Below, piece after piece: positions 18,966 through 28,874 of a stretch of DNA of 49,975 bases (within the stretch, counting starts at the first letter, position 1; every line of letters begins with the position of its first letter). Made by a program: the position numbers and the translations under genes. Source of the stretch: Pseudorhodobacter antarcticus (GTDB taxonomy: Bacteria; Pseudomonadota; Alphaproteobacteria; Rhodobacterales; Rhodobacteraceae); NCBI GenBank assembly GCA_945897655.1, contig CAMDHB010000001.1, positions 1 to 49,975 of the forward strand, read 5' to 3'. Below the pieces are notes generated by a model. The model did no database searches, was not told the DNA's origin, and saw only the letters and a list, made by a program, of their open reading frames with translations.

Positions 18966-21299
18966 ATGGGCCTTTTGGGGCAAGTGCAGACAGGGTCTGC
19001 AATCGGTAAAGTATTGCCGAAGATAGACTTTTCGGCGGACATGATTGCCCCCGGCTGTGATGCGGGCACGGGTGGGCCGGGCAGTTTTGTGGCACGTGAG
19101 TTTGACCTTTCGGCTGTTACGGCAGGCAGCCTGCTGCACCTGTCGGCGCAGGGGTTGTACCGGGCCTTTCTGAACGGGCACCGGGTGGGCAGCGACCTGC
19201 TGACGCCGGGCTGGACCTGCTATGACGACCGAATCGCCTTTCAGACCTATGACGTCACGGCGCTGTTGCAGCCGGGAAAAAACCGGCTGGAAATCTGGTT
19301 GGGCGATGGGTGGTACCGGTCGCGGCTGATGTGGGCGCTGAACCCCATTCCAAATACGTGGGGCGACCGGATCGGGGCCTTTGCCGAACTGGTTGCGGGC
19401 GGTCAGACGATCTTGCGGACCGATGGCACCTGGACATCGGGGCTGACGCCGGTGACGGGCAACGGCATCTATCATGGCGAAGACTATGACGCTCGGATTG
19501 CCGTGCAAGATACGGCAGGTGTCGAGGTTCTGGCGTTTGACCGCGGGTTGCTGGTGCCGCAGGAAACCGACCCTGTGGCCGAGATAGCGCCGGTTGCGGC
19601 GGTGGAACAGTGGGCCGATGGGGATGCCACGGTCTATGACTTTGCCCAGAACTGCGGCGCCTATGCCCGCATCACGGTAAAAGGCCCCGCTGGTGCCCAT
19701 GTTGCCATCACGTTTTCCGAGGTGCTGGGCCCGAACCGCGAGTTTGACAACCGGAACTATCGTTCGGCACGGGCCGAGCAGCATTATACGCTGTCAGGCA
19801 CGGGCAATGAAACCTATGCGCCGCTGTTCACCTTTTTCGGCTATCGCTATGCAAAGGTCACGCTGACCGGGGGTACCGAGCTTCTGGACATCGTGCAGGT
19901 TCCGGTGACATCCGTGCCGGTGCAGGCGGGTGGGTTCACCTGTGGCGTGCCTGCGGTGAACCGGTTGGTGCTGAACACGATCTGGTCGCAGCGGTCGAAC
20001 TTCATCGAAGTGCCGACCGATTGCCCGCAGCGTGATGAGCGGTTGGGCTGGACCGGCGATGCGCAGGTTTTTGCGGGCACGGCCTGCTGGCTGGCGGATA
20101 GTGAGCGGTTCCTGGCGAAATATCTGCGCGACGTGCGGCATGATCAGCGTCCGAATGGGGCGGTGTCCCATTTCTCGCCCGACCCGACACGGCTGCACCC
20201 CATCCCGGAGCGGGGTGATTGGGCGGGGTCGACGGGCTGGGGCGACGCGATCGTGATCATCCCTTGGCAGTTGTATCTGCACTATGGCGAAAAGGCCGTG
20301 CTGGCCGAAAACTTCCCTGCCATGCTGAAATGGCTGGATTATCTGTGGGATATCTCGGGCGGTCCGGTGATCCGGCCGTCGGCTGAATGGGGTGGACGTG
20401 GGTTCACCTTTGGCGACTGGATCCAGCCGATCGGTGATAACCGCAAGCCCCGGCCCACCATTGCCGATGACTGCGCGGCGACGCTGTACCACTTCATCTC
20501 GACCGATCTGGCCGCGCGGATTGCCGGGCTGATTGGGGAGGACACACAGGCCGCGGCGCTGCGCGAGCGGGCGGAAGTGATCCGCGCCGCGTTCAAGAAC
20601 GAGTTCTTTTCGCCCTCGGGGCGCATCGCGCACAATGACCAGACGTCATGGTCGCTGGCGTTCCTGTATGGATTGGTGCCGCCCGAAACTTATGAGGCCA
20701 GCAAAGCCTATTTCCGCCGTGTGGTGGAGGAGGCGGACGGCCTGATTGGCACGGGGTTCATCGGGACCCCCGCCATTCTGCCCGCGCTGACCATGCATGG
20801 CATGGCCGATCTGGCCGAAAAGCTGCTGTTGAACCGCAAGGTGCCGGGGTGGCTGTATCAGGTGGACCGCGGTGCGACCACGATCTGGGAGCGTTGGGAC
20901 GCGCTGGGCGAAGATGGCACGATCTATGACCCGGATATGAACAGCTATAACCACTATGCTTACGGCGCGGTGTGTCAGTGGCTGTTCGAAGGGGTAGCTG
21001 GTGTCGCCCCGGTGGCCGAAGTGCCGGGGTTTGACGAGGTGACGCTGGACCCGCTGATCCTGCCCGCGCTGTCGCCTGTGGCTGCCTGGCACGACTGCCG
21101 CCATGGCCGCATTGATGCGGCTTGGGTGTTGGCGGGTGATACGGTCACCTACCGCGTGACCCTGCCACCGGGCTGCACCGGGCGGCTGACGGCAAATGCG
21201 GCGCGGCGGGCTGTCACCTTGGGCGGCAAAGCCGTCGAGGTGCCCGGCGCGGGCCTGATCCTGCCCGAGGGTTCCCACGAGATTACCTTCCGCGTCTGA
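18966..21299 (+). CDS. Alpha-L-rhamnosidase (GH78)
   Basis: PTDCPQRDERLGWTGD, GATTIWERW and MNSYNHYAYGAV motifs. Confidence 0.93.
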   Translation: MGLLGQVQTGSAIGKVLPKIDFSADMIAPGCDAGTGGPGSFVAREFDLSAVTAGSLLHLSAQGLYRAFLNGHRVGSDLLTPGWTCYDDRIAFQTYDVTALLQPGKNRLEIWLGDGWYRSRLMWALNPIPNTWGDRIGAFAELVAGGQTILRTDGTWTSGLTPVTGNGIYHGEDYDARIAVQDTAGVEVLAFDRGLLVPQETDPVAEIAPVAAVEQWADGDATVYDFAQNCGAYARITVKGPAGAHVAITFSEVLGPNREFDNRNYRSARAEQHYTLSGTGNETYAPLFTFFGYRYAKVTLTGGTELLDIVQVPVTSVPVQAGGFTCGVPAVNRLVLNTIWSQRSNFIEVPTDCPQRDERLGWTGDAQVFAGTACWLADSERFLAKYLRDVRHDQRPNGAVSHFSPDPTRLHPIPERGDWAGSTGWGDAIVIIPWQLYLHYGEKAVLAENFPAMLKWLDYLWDISGGPVIRPSAEWGGRGFTFGDWIQPIGDNRKPRPTIADDCAATLYHFISTDLAARIAGLIGEDTQAAALRERAEVIRAAFKNEFFSPSGRIAHNDQTSWSLAFLYGLVPPETYEASKAYFRRVVEEADGLIGTGFIGTPAILPALTMHGMADLAEKLLLNRKVPGWLYQVDRGATTIWERWDALGEDGTIYDPDMNSYNHYAYGAVCQWLFEGVAGVAPVAEVPGFDEVTLDPLILPALSPVAAWHDCRHGRIDAAWVLAGDTVTYRVTLPPGCTGRLTANAARRAVTLGGKAVEVPGAGLILPEGSHEITFRV

Positions 21300-21372
21300 C
21301 GCGGCAGCAATGCCCGGGTGGCCCATCCGCCCGGTTTCAAAACGTCACTGGTCCACTGGAGGAGTAAAGACC

Positions 21373-22647
21373 ATGAGACTGATCCCGAGCGCGGCCCTTC
21401 TTGCCGCATTTTCCCTGGTCGCGGGCCTGGCCCAGGCCCAGACCGTGCTTTCCGTCACCACCGACGGCAATGCCGAAACCGTGGCAGCCATGGAGGCGCT
21501 GACCGCCGCCTATACCGCCGCGCACCCCGATGTGACCTTTGAGATCGAGAACCGTCCCGGCGGCGCTGATGGTGACAACCTGGTCAAGACCCGTCTTGCG
21601 ACGGGCGAGGCTGGCGACATCCTGCAATACAACTCGGGTTCGCTTTTCCAGGCGCTGAAGCCGGTCGAGAACCTTGCGGACCTGTCGGATATCGCAGGTC
21701 AGGCCAATGTCATCGACAGCTTCAAGTCGGTTGTCACCGCATCCGATGGCACAGTGCGCGGCGTGCCCTTTGGCCCGGCGATGGGTGGCGGCATCTATTA
21801 CAACAAGAAGATCGATGCCGAGCTTGGCCTGTCCGTGCCCAAGACCTGGGCCGAGTTCATGGCCAACAACGAAAAGATCAAGGCCGCCGGCAAGGTTGCC
21901 GTGGCGCAGACCTATGGTGACACCTGGTCCAGCCAGTTGTTCGTGCTGGCCGACTATTACAACGTTCAGGCCCAGGTGCCGAACTTTGCTGCCGACTACG
22001 CGGCCAACAAGGCCAAGTATGCCAACACCCCCGCCGCCATGGCCGGCTTCCAGCATCTGGAGGATGTCTTCAAGGCGGGCTATCTGAACGAGGATTTCGG
22101 CGTCGCCAAGTTTGACGACGGCGTGCGGATGGTGGCGACCGGTGAGGCTGCACACTACCCGATGCTGACCTTTGCCTTGGGCAACATCAAGCAGAACTTC
22201 CCCGAGAATCTGGAAGATGTGGGCTTCATGGCCCAGCCGGGCGACGATGCCGCCAAGAACGGCCTGACCGTCTGGATGCCAGCTGCGCTGTACATCCCGG
22301 CAGCATCCGAAAATCAGGAAGCGGCCAAGGATTTCCTGTCCTTCGTCGCCTCGGTCGAGGGGTGCAACCTGATGATCGGTGCGAACGGCGCAACCGGGCC
22401 TTACTTGATCAAGGACTGCGCGCTGCCCGCCGATGTGCCCGGCGCTGTGGCCGACATGCTGCCCTACTTCCAGACGGAAGGCTTGACCGCGCCCGCACTG
22501 GAATTCCTGTCGCCGATCAAGGGCCCGGCGCTGGAGCAGTTCACGGTTGAGGTCGGTTCGGGCATTCGCCCCGCCGCCGAGGCTGCTGGCCTGTATGACC
22601 AAGACGTCGAAAAGCAGGCCAAGCAGTTGGGTCTGCCCAACTGGTGA
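21373..22647 (+). CDS. Sugar ABC transporter substrate-binding protein
   Basis: Signal peptide ending AQA-QT; YYNKKI..LGLSVPKTWAEF; GGAGGAG SD. Confidence 0.9.
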   Translation: MRLIPSAALLAAFSLVAGLAQAQTVLSVTTDGNAETVAAMEALTAAYTAAHPDVTFEIENRPGGADGDNLVKTRLATGEAGDILQYNSGSLFQALKPVENLADLSDIAGQANVIDSFKSVVTASDGTVRGVPFGPAMGGGIYYNKKIDAELGLSVPKTWAEFMANNEKIKAAGKVAVAQTYGDTWSSQLFVLADYYNVQAQVPNFAADYAANKAKYANTPAAMAGFQHLEDVFKAGYLNEDFGVAKFDDGVRMVATGEAAHYPMLTFALGNIKQNFPENLEDVGFMAQPGDDAAKNGLTVWMPAALYIPAASENQEAAKDFLSFVASVEGCNLMIGANGATGPYLIKDCALPADVPGAVADMLPYFQTEGLTAPALEFLSPIKGPALEQFTVEVGSGIRPAAEAAGLYDQDVEKQAKQLGLPNW

Positions 22648-22666
22648 TCTGCTGATCTGACCGGCT

Positions 22667-22691
22667 CCACCGCCCCGCTCCCGGGCGGTGG
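22667..22691 (+). terminator. Stem-loop after the SBP gene
   Basis: CCACCGCCC...GGGCGGTGG. Confidence 0.5.
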
Positions 22692-22714
22692 GGCTGTATC
22701 CTTTGAGAGGTCCC

Positions 22715-23581
22715 ATGGCCAGCCGTCAAAAATCCCCCTACCCCTATTGGTTCGTGTTGCCGGCGGCGGTGGTCTTTGTGACGCTGTTTCTGGTGCCGAC
22801 CTTCGCCAGCTTCTGGTTTTCGATGACGCGCTGGGATCTGTTCGAGGCGCATTTCATCGGCTGGGACAATTACCATCAGTTCTTCAAGGAACCGTTTCTG
22901 GTGCAGGGCTTGGTCAATACCCTGATCTATGCCGTGCTGACATCGGCCTCCAAATCGGTGCTGGGGTTGTTGCTGGCCGTGCTGTTGACCAGCGGCATCC
23001 TGTGGCAGGGGTTTTTGCGGTCGGTCGTGTTCTTTCCGGTGCTGGTGTCGACCATCGGCATCGGCATCACCTTTCAGGCGCTGATGCATCCGACCAAGGG
23101 GGTGATCAACATCGCCCTGGCCTATGTGGGCATTGACGGGCCATCGTGGCTGTCTGACCCGGGGCTTGCCCTTTATTCGGTTGCCTTCATCGACCTTTGG
23201 AAGGGCGTTGGCCTTGCCACCCTGATCTATATCGCGGGCCTTGCAGCCATTGCGCCTGACTATTACGAGGCGGCCCGGATCGACGGCGCAACCCGGGTCC
23301 AGCAGTTCTGGCGTGTGACGGTGCCGCTGGTGCGGCCTGCCACGGTGACCGTGATCACCCTGTCGCTGATCGGGGGCCTGCGGTCGTTTGACATCATCTG
23401 GGCCACCACACGCGGCGGGCCTGGCTTTTCGTCAGACGTCTTGGCTTCGGTGATCTACAAGCAATATCAGGCCGGGTTTTACGGCCTTGCCACGGCGGGC
23501 AACGTGATCCTGTTTATGCTGATTGCCATCATCATCCTGCCGCTGACCTGGTGGTTCAACCGTCGTGAGGTGGATCTGTGA
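22715..23581 (+). CDS. Sugar ABC transporter permease
   Basis: YYEAARIDGATRVQQF EAA loop. Confidence 0.92.
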   Translation: MASRQKSPYPYWFVLPAAVVFVTLFLVPTFASFWFSMTRWDLFEAHFIGWDNYHQFFKEPFLVQGLVNTLIYAVLTSASKSVLGLLLAVLLTSGILWQGFLRSVVFFPVLVSTIGIGITFQALMHPTKGVINIALAYVGIDGPSWLSDPGLALYSVAFIDLWKGVGLATLIYIAGLAAIAPDYYEAARIDGATRVQQFWRVTVPLVRPATVTVITLSLIGGLRSFDIIWATTRGGPGFSSDVLASVIYKQYQAGFYGLATAGNVILFMLIAIIILPLTWWFNRREVDL

Positions 23582-24402
23582 CCCCCCGTCAACGCAACAC
23601 CGGGCTGATAGCCACCGCCGTCGCCACCGTGATCTTTATCACGCCGTTCCTGTACATCTTCTTCATGGCGATGAAGACCAAGAAAGAGGCGGCGCTGTTC
23701 CTGTTCAGCTGGCCCAGCGAATGGCATTTCTGGGCCAACCTGACCGAGGTCATCCAGGCCCGCAACTATATGCTGCTGCTGGCCTATTTCAATTCGACCG
23801 TCATCACGGTCGGGGCCGTGACCATGCTGATCATCTTTGGCGCGATGGTGGGTTATGTGCTGCAACGGCGGCAATCGGGCTGGAACCGGGTGATTTACGG
23901 GTTGGTTCTGGCCGGGTTGATCGTGCCGCCTGCGGTGGTGCCGACCATCTGGGTGCTGCAAGGGCTGGGCCTGTTCAAGACCATCCACGGCATGGTGCTG
24001 ATCCAGGTCGCTTACGGCCTTGCCTTCTCGGTGCTGCTGTACCGCAGCTTCATCGGCACGATCCCGCGCGATCTGGACGAGGCGGCACGGATTGACGGGG
24101 CCACGCCGTGGCAGATTTTCTTCCGCGTGATCCTGCCCCTGCTGAAACCCGTGACGGTGACGCTGATCGTGGTGCAGTCGATTGCGATCTTCAACGATTT
24201 CACCAACCCGCTGTACTATCTGCCGGGCAAGGACAATGTGACGGTGCAGTTGACACTGTTCAACTTTCAGACCCAGTTCCAATCGCAGTTCAACCTGTTG
24301 TTCATGAACATCCTGCTGGTCACGATCCCACCCTTGTTGGTCTTCATCTTCTTCAATCGCCAAATCGTGGCCGGCATGACAGCTGGCGGCGTGAAAGGGT
24401 AA
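23578..24402 (+). CDS. Sugar ABC transporter permease
   Basis: LDEAARIDGATPWQIF EAA loop. Confidence 0.92.
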   Translation: MTPRQRNTGLIATAVATVIFITPFLYIFFMAMKTKKEAALFLFSWPSEWHFWANLTEVIQARNYMLLLAYFNSTVITVGAVTMLIIFGAMVGYVLQRRQSGWNRVIYGLVLAGLIVPPAVVPTIWVLQGLGLFKTIHGMVLIQVAYGLAFSVLLYRSFIGTIPRDLDEAARIDGATPWQIFFRVILPLLKPVTVTLIVVQSIAIFNDFTNPLYYLPGKDNVTVQLTLFNFQTQFQSQFNLLFMNILLVTIPPLLVFIFFNRQIVAGMTAGGVKG

Positions 24403-24405
24403 ATT

Positions 24406-25395
24406 ATGGCTGTTTCAACCTCTTCCGTCGTCCTGAAATCGGTGCGCAAAAGCTTTGGCGCGGTGGATGTGATCAAGGGTGTCGATCTGACCGTGGCGCC
24501 GGGCGAGTTCTGCGTGTTTGTCGGGCCATCGGGTTGCGGCAAATCCACGCTGTTGCGGCTGATTTCCGGGCTGGAGGAGGCATCCTCGGGCGTGATCGAA
24601 ATTGGGGGCCGCGATGTGACCCATGCCGAACCGTCTGAACGTGGCATCGCGATGGTGTTCCAAAGCTATGCCCTGTATCCCCACCTGTCCGTGCGCGACA
24701 ACATCGGCTTTGGCCTGTCACTGGCCAAACTGCCCAAGGCAGAGATTGCAGCCAAGGTCGGTGCTGCGGCTGAGGCGTTGCAACTGACCCCCCTTCTGGA
24801 CCGCAAGCCCAAGGCCCTGTCAGGCGGCCAGCGGCAGCGCGTGGCAATTGGCCGGGCGATTGTGCGCGACCCCAAGGTGTTTCTGTTTGACGAGCCCTTG
24901 TCGAACCTGGATGCCGCCCTGCGTGCCCAGATGCGGATCGAACTGACCGACCTGCACCGCAAATTGGGGGCGACGATGATTTATGTGACGCATGATCAGG
25001 TCGAGGCGATGACGATGGCTGACAAGATCGTGGTTCTGAACGGCGGCCAGATTGAACAGGTTGGCAGCCCGATGGAGTTGTACAACGCGCCCGTGTCGCC
25101 CTTTGTGGCGGGGTTCATTGGCAGCCCGAAGATGAACCTGTATGACGGTGCCGCTGCCGGCATGACCTGTAAAACCTATGGCATCAGGCCTGAACATCTG
25201 CGCCTGACCAACGATAATGCGCGCTGGACCGGGACGGTGCGGCATGTGGAACGGTTGGGGGCAGATACGGTGATCTATCTGCAGGTGCCCGGCTTGGGGG
25301 ATATGGTGGTGCGGGCCGATGGCGATGCCAACCCGGCGATTGGCGCATATGTTGGGGTCAGCCCGCTGGTGGGCCGCGAATTCCACTACACCTAG
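24406..25395 (+). CDS. Sugar ABC transporter ATP-binding protein
   Basis: [16 protein letters not shown] and DEPLSNLD motifs. Confidence 0.95.
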   Translation: MAVSTSSVVLKSVRKSFGAVDVIKGVDLTVAPGEFCVFVGPSGCGKSTLLRLISGLEEASSGVIEIGGRDVTHAEPSERGIAMVFQSYALYPHLSVRDNIGFGLSLAKLPKAEIAAKVGAAAEALQLTPLLDRKPKALSGGQRQRVAIGRAIVRDPKVFLFDEPLSNLDAALRAQMRIELTDLHRKLGATMIYVTHDQVEAMTMADKIVVLNGGQIEQVGSPMELYNAPVSPFVAGFIGSPKMNLYDGAAAGMTCKTYGIRPEHLRLTNDNARWTGTVRHVERLGADTVIYLQVPGLGDMVVRADGDANPAIGAYVGVSPLVGREFHYT

Positions 25396-25424
25396 ACACG
25401 CGCGATCAGTGGGGTTGCAGCAGG

Positions 25425-25624
25425 CAGGTTCAGCTCCCGAGAGATCTTCTTCATCGACCAGCCTTCGACATGAAAGGCAAGCCGCACCTTCGAAATCGTG
25501 TCCACCCGCTTCAACTCCCCCTCCGTCCACTGCCACGCAACGAACGGTCTGACAGATCTTCAGGGGGTCAAAATTGGATGCCGATTACCCCGCCTAAGGG
25601 GTCAACTTTGCATGCCGAAACACA
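25425..25624 (-). mobile_element. istA: IS21-family remnant: left end plus the first 30 codons of istA
   Basis: The minus strand starts TGTGTTTCGGCATGCAAAGTTGACCCC and has a second copy TCGGCATCCAATTTTGACCCC (TG end with reiterated motifs, as in IS21). TTG at 25514 after a GGAGGGGGAG SD reads MKRVDTISKVRLAFHVEGWSMKKISRELNL, resembling the IstA N-terminal HTH, then resemblance stops. Confidence 0.75.
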
Positions 25625-26075
25625 GCGCTGAATGGGGCCGACATCGGCGCTTGGTCCAACATTGCAGCCCCCTGTGTCTTTGACGCCAATGCCGACATCG
25701 GCGGGCTGAAGGTGGAGTATTTGGCCGAGGCCTTTGCCGATGGGGCCACGGCGGTGGACCATGCGGCGCTGGCTGCCACCCGCGTGTTGCGGGTTGAGGT
25801 GGTAAACGTCAGCTTGTCCGACCTTCCCTATGGCGCGCTGATGAACATCGTGTTCGCCGAAGCTGCGGGGGGTTTCGACGACCTGCCGTTATCCGGCCTG
25901 GACGATACCCTGACCGGGCAAGATGCCGAAGCCTGGCCCAACACTCTGCGCAAGACGCGATTCCTGTCGGCTGTGGATCCATCGGGCAACACCTTTGCCG
26001 TGCCACAGGGCTGATCGCTGTGGGGGCGGCTGTTTGACGAAGGGCCGATGCTGAACCTGGTCATGGCGCGGATGA
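25625..26075 (+). pseudogene. Amidase-signature family C-terminal fragment (truncated, internal stop)
   Basis: In frame from 25625: ALNGADIG...FDANADIGGLKVEYL...LPYGALMNIVFAEAA...WPNTLRKTRFLSAVD, then VPQG*SLWGRLFDEGPMLNL. This resembles recalled amidase C-termini. No N-terminus or catalytic signature is present. Confidence 0.6.
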
Positions 26076-26229
26076 AGGCGGCGGGCATCGAAAACGTCCG
26101 TATGATGCCGACTTTGCGTTCGGGATGAACGACGAGAACCCGCACGCCCGGAACGCGATTTTCCGGCTGACAAACTTCAGAACCGGCCAGACCGCTTACT
26201 GCAAGCTGTTGGAACGTTTGGGGTAAAGC

Positions 26230-26252
26230 GGCGGGCCGACGGGCGGCCCGCC
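26230..26252 (-). terminator. Stem-loop downstream of the arabinofuranosidase gene
   Basis: GGCGGGCCG-acggg-CGGCCCGCC just beyond the stop codon. Confidence 0.5.
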
Positions 26253-26260
26253 AAGACTGA

Positions 26261-27784
26261 TCAGCCCAGTTTCACCCGGATCATCTGCCACGAATGCGGG
26301 GCCAAGCTGGCCGTCAGGGTGCCGTCCGACACCTGGGCGCCGGTTCCCTTGCGCGGCACCACGGTATCGGGCGCGGTCAGGCTGTTGATGGCGCGCAGGT
26401 TGCTGTGCGTCATCACCTGATGGTCAATGACCGTGGCCGTGCCGCCAAAGCCCTGCAAGGACAGATCCAGCGTCAGTGCATCGGTCGGGTGGCGGTTGAC
26501 GGCAAAGAAGGTGGCGGTCCCGCCCTCTTCGTCATGAACCCCCGCGATGTCGATGAAGGGTACGTTGTCGTCATGTTCGGCATCATAGCCTGGGCTTTTC
26601 ACCGACAGGTTCAGCGCCGTGCCACGGCCAAAGACCGATGCAAAGTAATAAGGATAGTAGATCGTCTGCCGCCAGGCCGCCCCACCCGGTTCGGTCATGA
26701 TCGGCGCAATCACGTTCACCAGCTGCGCGATGCAGGCCATTTTGACCACATTCGATTTGCGGATGAAGGTGTTCAGGATCAGTCCGACCTGAAGGACGTC
26801 TTCAAAGTTGTAAATATCCTCAAGCAGGCGCGGCGCGTGCGGCCAGCCTTCGCGCCCAGCCAGAATGGCGCGGTCTTGTTCGTTGGAATGGTACCAGACG
26901 TTCCATTCATCAAAGCTGATGGTGACATCATGCTTGGACCGCTTGTTCGCCTTGACCAGATTGATCGTCGATTCCACCGTGGTGATGTAGCGATCCAGCT
27001 TGTGGTTCAGCGACAGGTAGTTTTGCGTGTGCCCGGTGCGGTTGGCGAAATACATGTGCAAGGAGATGTGATCGACCGCCTCATAAGTGTGTTCCAGCAC
27101 GATCCGTTCCCATTCGGGATAGGTCTTCATGTCGGAATTCGATGACCCGCAGACCACCAGTTCCAGCGTCTTGTCAAAGGCGCGCAGGGTCTTGGCGGTT
27201 TCATTGGCAAGGCGGCCGTATTCATCGGCGGTCTTGTGGCCAACCTGCCAAGGGCCGTCCATTTCGTTGCCAAGGCACCAGATGCGGCAATCGAAGGGCT
27301 CGGCGCGGCCGTTCTTCTTGCGCAGGTCGCCCCAATAGCTGCCGGTCGGGCCATTGGTGTATTCGACAAAGTTGCGCGCCTCGTCCAACCCGCGAGAACC
27401 AAGGTTGATGGCCAGCATGGGCTTGGTGCCGACGGCGTCGCACCAGTCCTGAAATTCGTGGATGCCGACCTGGTTGGCATCCGAGGTGTGCCAGGCAAGG
27501 TCCAACCGCACCGGGCGCTGATCCTTCGGCCCCACGCCATCTTCCCAGTTATAGGCCGAGACAAAGTTGCCGCCGGGGTAACGCACGTAAGGGATCTTCA
27601 GGTCCCGCACCAGTTGCGCCACATCGCCCCGCATGCCGTTCTTGTCGGCGGTCGGGTGGCCCGGTTCATAGATGCCGGAATAGATCGCCCGGCCCAGATG
27701 CTCCAGAAAGGCCGAATAGACCCGCTCATCAATCTTGGCGATCGTATAGTCCCGATGCGCCGTTACAGTTGCCTTCATCGTCAT
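26261..27784 (-). CDS. abfA: Alpha-L-arabinofuranosidase (GH51)
   Basis: FLEHLGRAIY, RYPGGNFVSAYNWEDG, WCLGNEMDG (acid/base) and SFDEWNVWY (nucleophile). Confidence 0.95.
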   Translation of the reverse strand: MTMKATVTAHRDYTIAKIDERVYSAFLEHLGRAIYSGIYEPGHPTADKNGMRGDVAQLVRDLKIPYVRYPGGNFVSAYNWEDGVGPKDQRPVRLDLAWHTSDANQVGIHEFQDWCDAVGTKPMLAINLGSRGLDEARNFVEYTNGPTGSYWGDLRKKNGRAEPFDCRIWCLGNEMDGPWQVGHKTADEYGRLANETAKTLRAFDKTLELVVCGSSNSDMKTYPEWERIVLEHTYEAVDHISLHMYFANRTGHTQNYLSLNHKLDRYITTVESTINLVKANKRSKHDVTISFDEWNVWYHSNEQDRAILAGREGWPHAPRLLEDIYNFEDVLQVGLILNTFIRKSNVVKMACIAQLVNVIAPIMTEPGGAAWRQTIYYPYYFASVFGRGTALNLSVKSPGYDAEHDDNVPFIDIAGVHDEEGGTATFFAVNRHPTDALTLDLSLQGFGGTATVIDHQVMTHSNLRAINSLTAPDTVVPRKGTGAQVSDGTLTASLAPHSWQMIRVKLG

Positions 27785-27829
27785 CCCTCCCGTCGGTGGA
27801 CGCTACGCCCAAGCGGCGTCAGTATCCGA

Positions 27830-27847
27830 TTTGTCGATGTATATCGG
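27830..27847 (-). promoter_or_regulatory. Candidate operator CCGATATACATCGACAAA upstream of abfA
   Basis: 16/18 identical to 32674-32691; core palindrome CGAT-N4-ATCG. Confidence 0.55.
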
Positions 27848-27886
27848 AATGAATGGGGGTTCAGTCAAGCGGATTGTGGGGGGCGG

Positions 27887-28816
27887 TCAGCCTGTCGTGG
27901 TCAGGCGCATGACGATGTCCTGATCATAGTTGCCAAAGCCACGGCCAAAGATGTTCATGCCGCCCGGGTGGCGGGCATCATCCCGCACCCCGATGCGCAG
28001 CCGGATCGAGCGGTGCTTGTCCAGATCAAGGTCGTTCAGCGAGATCGGGCTGATCTTCATCCCATCAACAAAGGTGCCCTCACGGGTGATGCGCCAGGAT
28101 TTCAACTTGCCATACTGACTGCCCTTCAGCTTCCACCAGTCGGGGGTGTATACCCCGCGCTTGTCGCCAAAATCGCCCGGGCTGGTCCACGTGCCCACGT
28201 CAATGCGGTTGACCGAAACCGTGATGTCTGACGGCCAGTCGGCGGCGGTACCCGGCACCTCGGACGACAGTTCCATCGCAAACTCGATCGAGGCCAGATC
28301 ACCGTTCATCAGTTTGGAGTTGTTGGGAAACTGGTATTCCACATAGCCACGGGTGAACCAGATCAACCCTGCATCCATCCGCCCCGGTTCCAGAAAGGTG
28401 TCCGGCACATCCAGCAACCCAATCACCCCTTGGGTCGAGCATAAACCGCAGGGCGCCGACACCTGGCACGAGGTGTACAGACCAAGGGGCATCGCCACCT
28501 CGATCATGTTGCGGCTGGCCTCCTCGGGCTGGGATTTGAACATCACCAGCACTTCGTCAAACAGCGAATGGCAGATTTTCTGGTTGCCCTTGCGGGCGCG
28601 GTGCACCTCGGTCCGGATCAGGCCGGCCTCCTCCAACTGCTGGATGTTGGCGGAAACCGAGCTTTGTGGCAGGCCCAGCGCCTCGGCAATCTCGTTCACG
28701 TTTTGCGGGCCGCGGGTGTGCAGAAGTTTCAGCACCTTGACCCGGGCGGGCGAGGCAAAAGCCTTGAGAACGTCGATGCCGTCTTCCGGGTCCACGATCA
28801 GAAAATTGCGGCTCAT
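27887..28816 (-). CDS. ArsR-type HTH regulator with a long C-terminal domain
   Basis: LKAFASPARVKVLKLL...NVNEIAEALGLPQSSVSANIQQLEEAGLI; C-terminal TSPGDFGDKRG/QYGKLK. Confidence 0.85.
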   Translation of the reverse strand: MSRNFLIVDPEDGIDVLKAFASPARVKVLKLLHTRGPQNVNEIAEALGLPQSSVSANIQQLEEAGLIRTEVHRARKGNQKICHSLFDEVLVMFKSQPEEASRNMIEVAMPLGLYTSCQVSAPCGLCSTQGVIGLLDVPDTFLEPGRMDAGLIWFTRGYVEYQFPNNSKLMNGDLASIEFAMELSSEVPGTAADWPSDITVSVNRIDVGTWTSPGDFGDKRGVYTPDWWKLKGSQYGKLKSWRITREGTFVDGMKISPISLNDLDLDKHRSIRLRIGVRDDARHPGGMNIFGRGFGNYDQDIVMRLTTTG

Positions 28817-28874
28817 CGGCGGTCTTTCAAAAACGCGGGTTCTGATCGCATCTATATTGGAATTTCAGATACAG

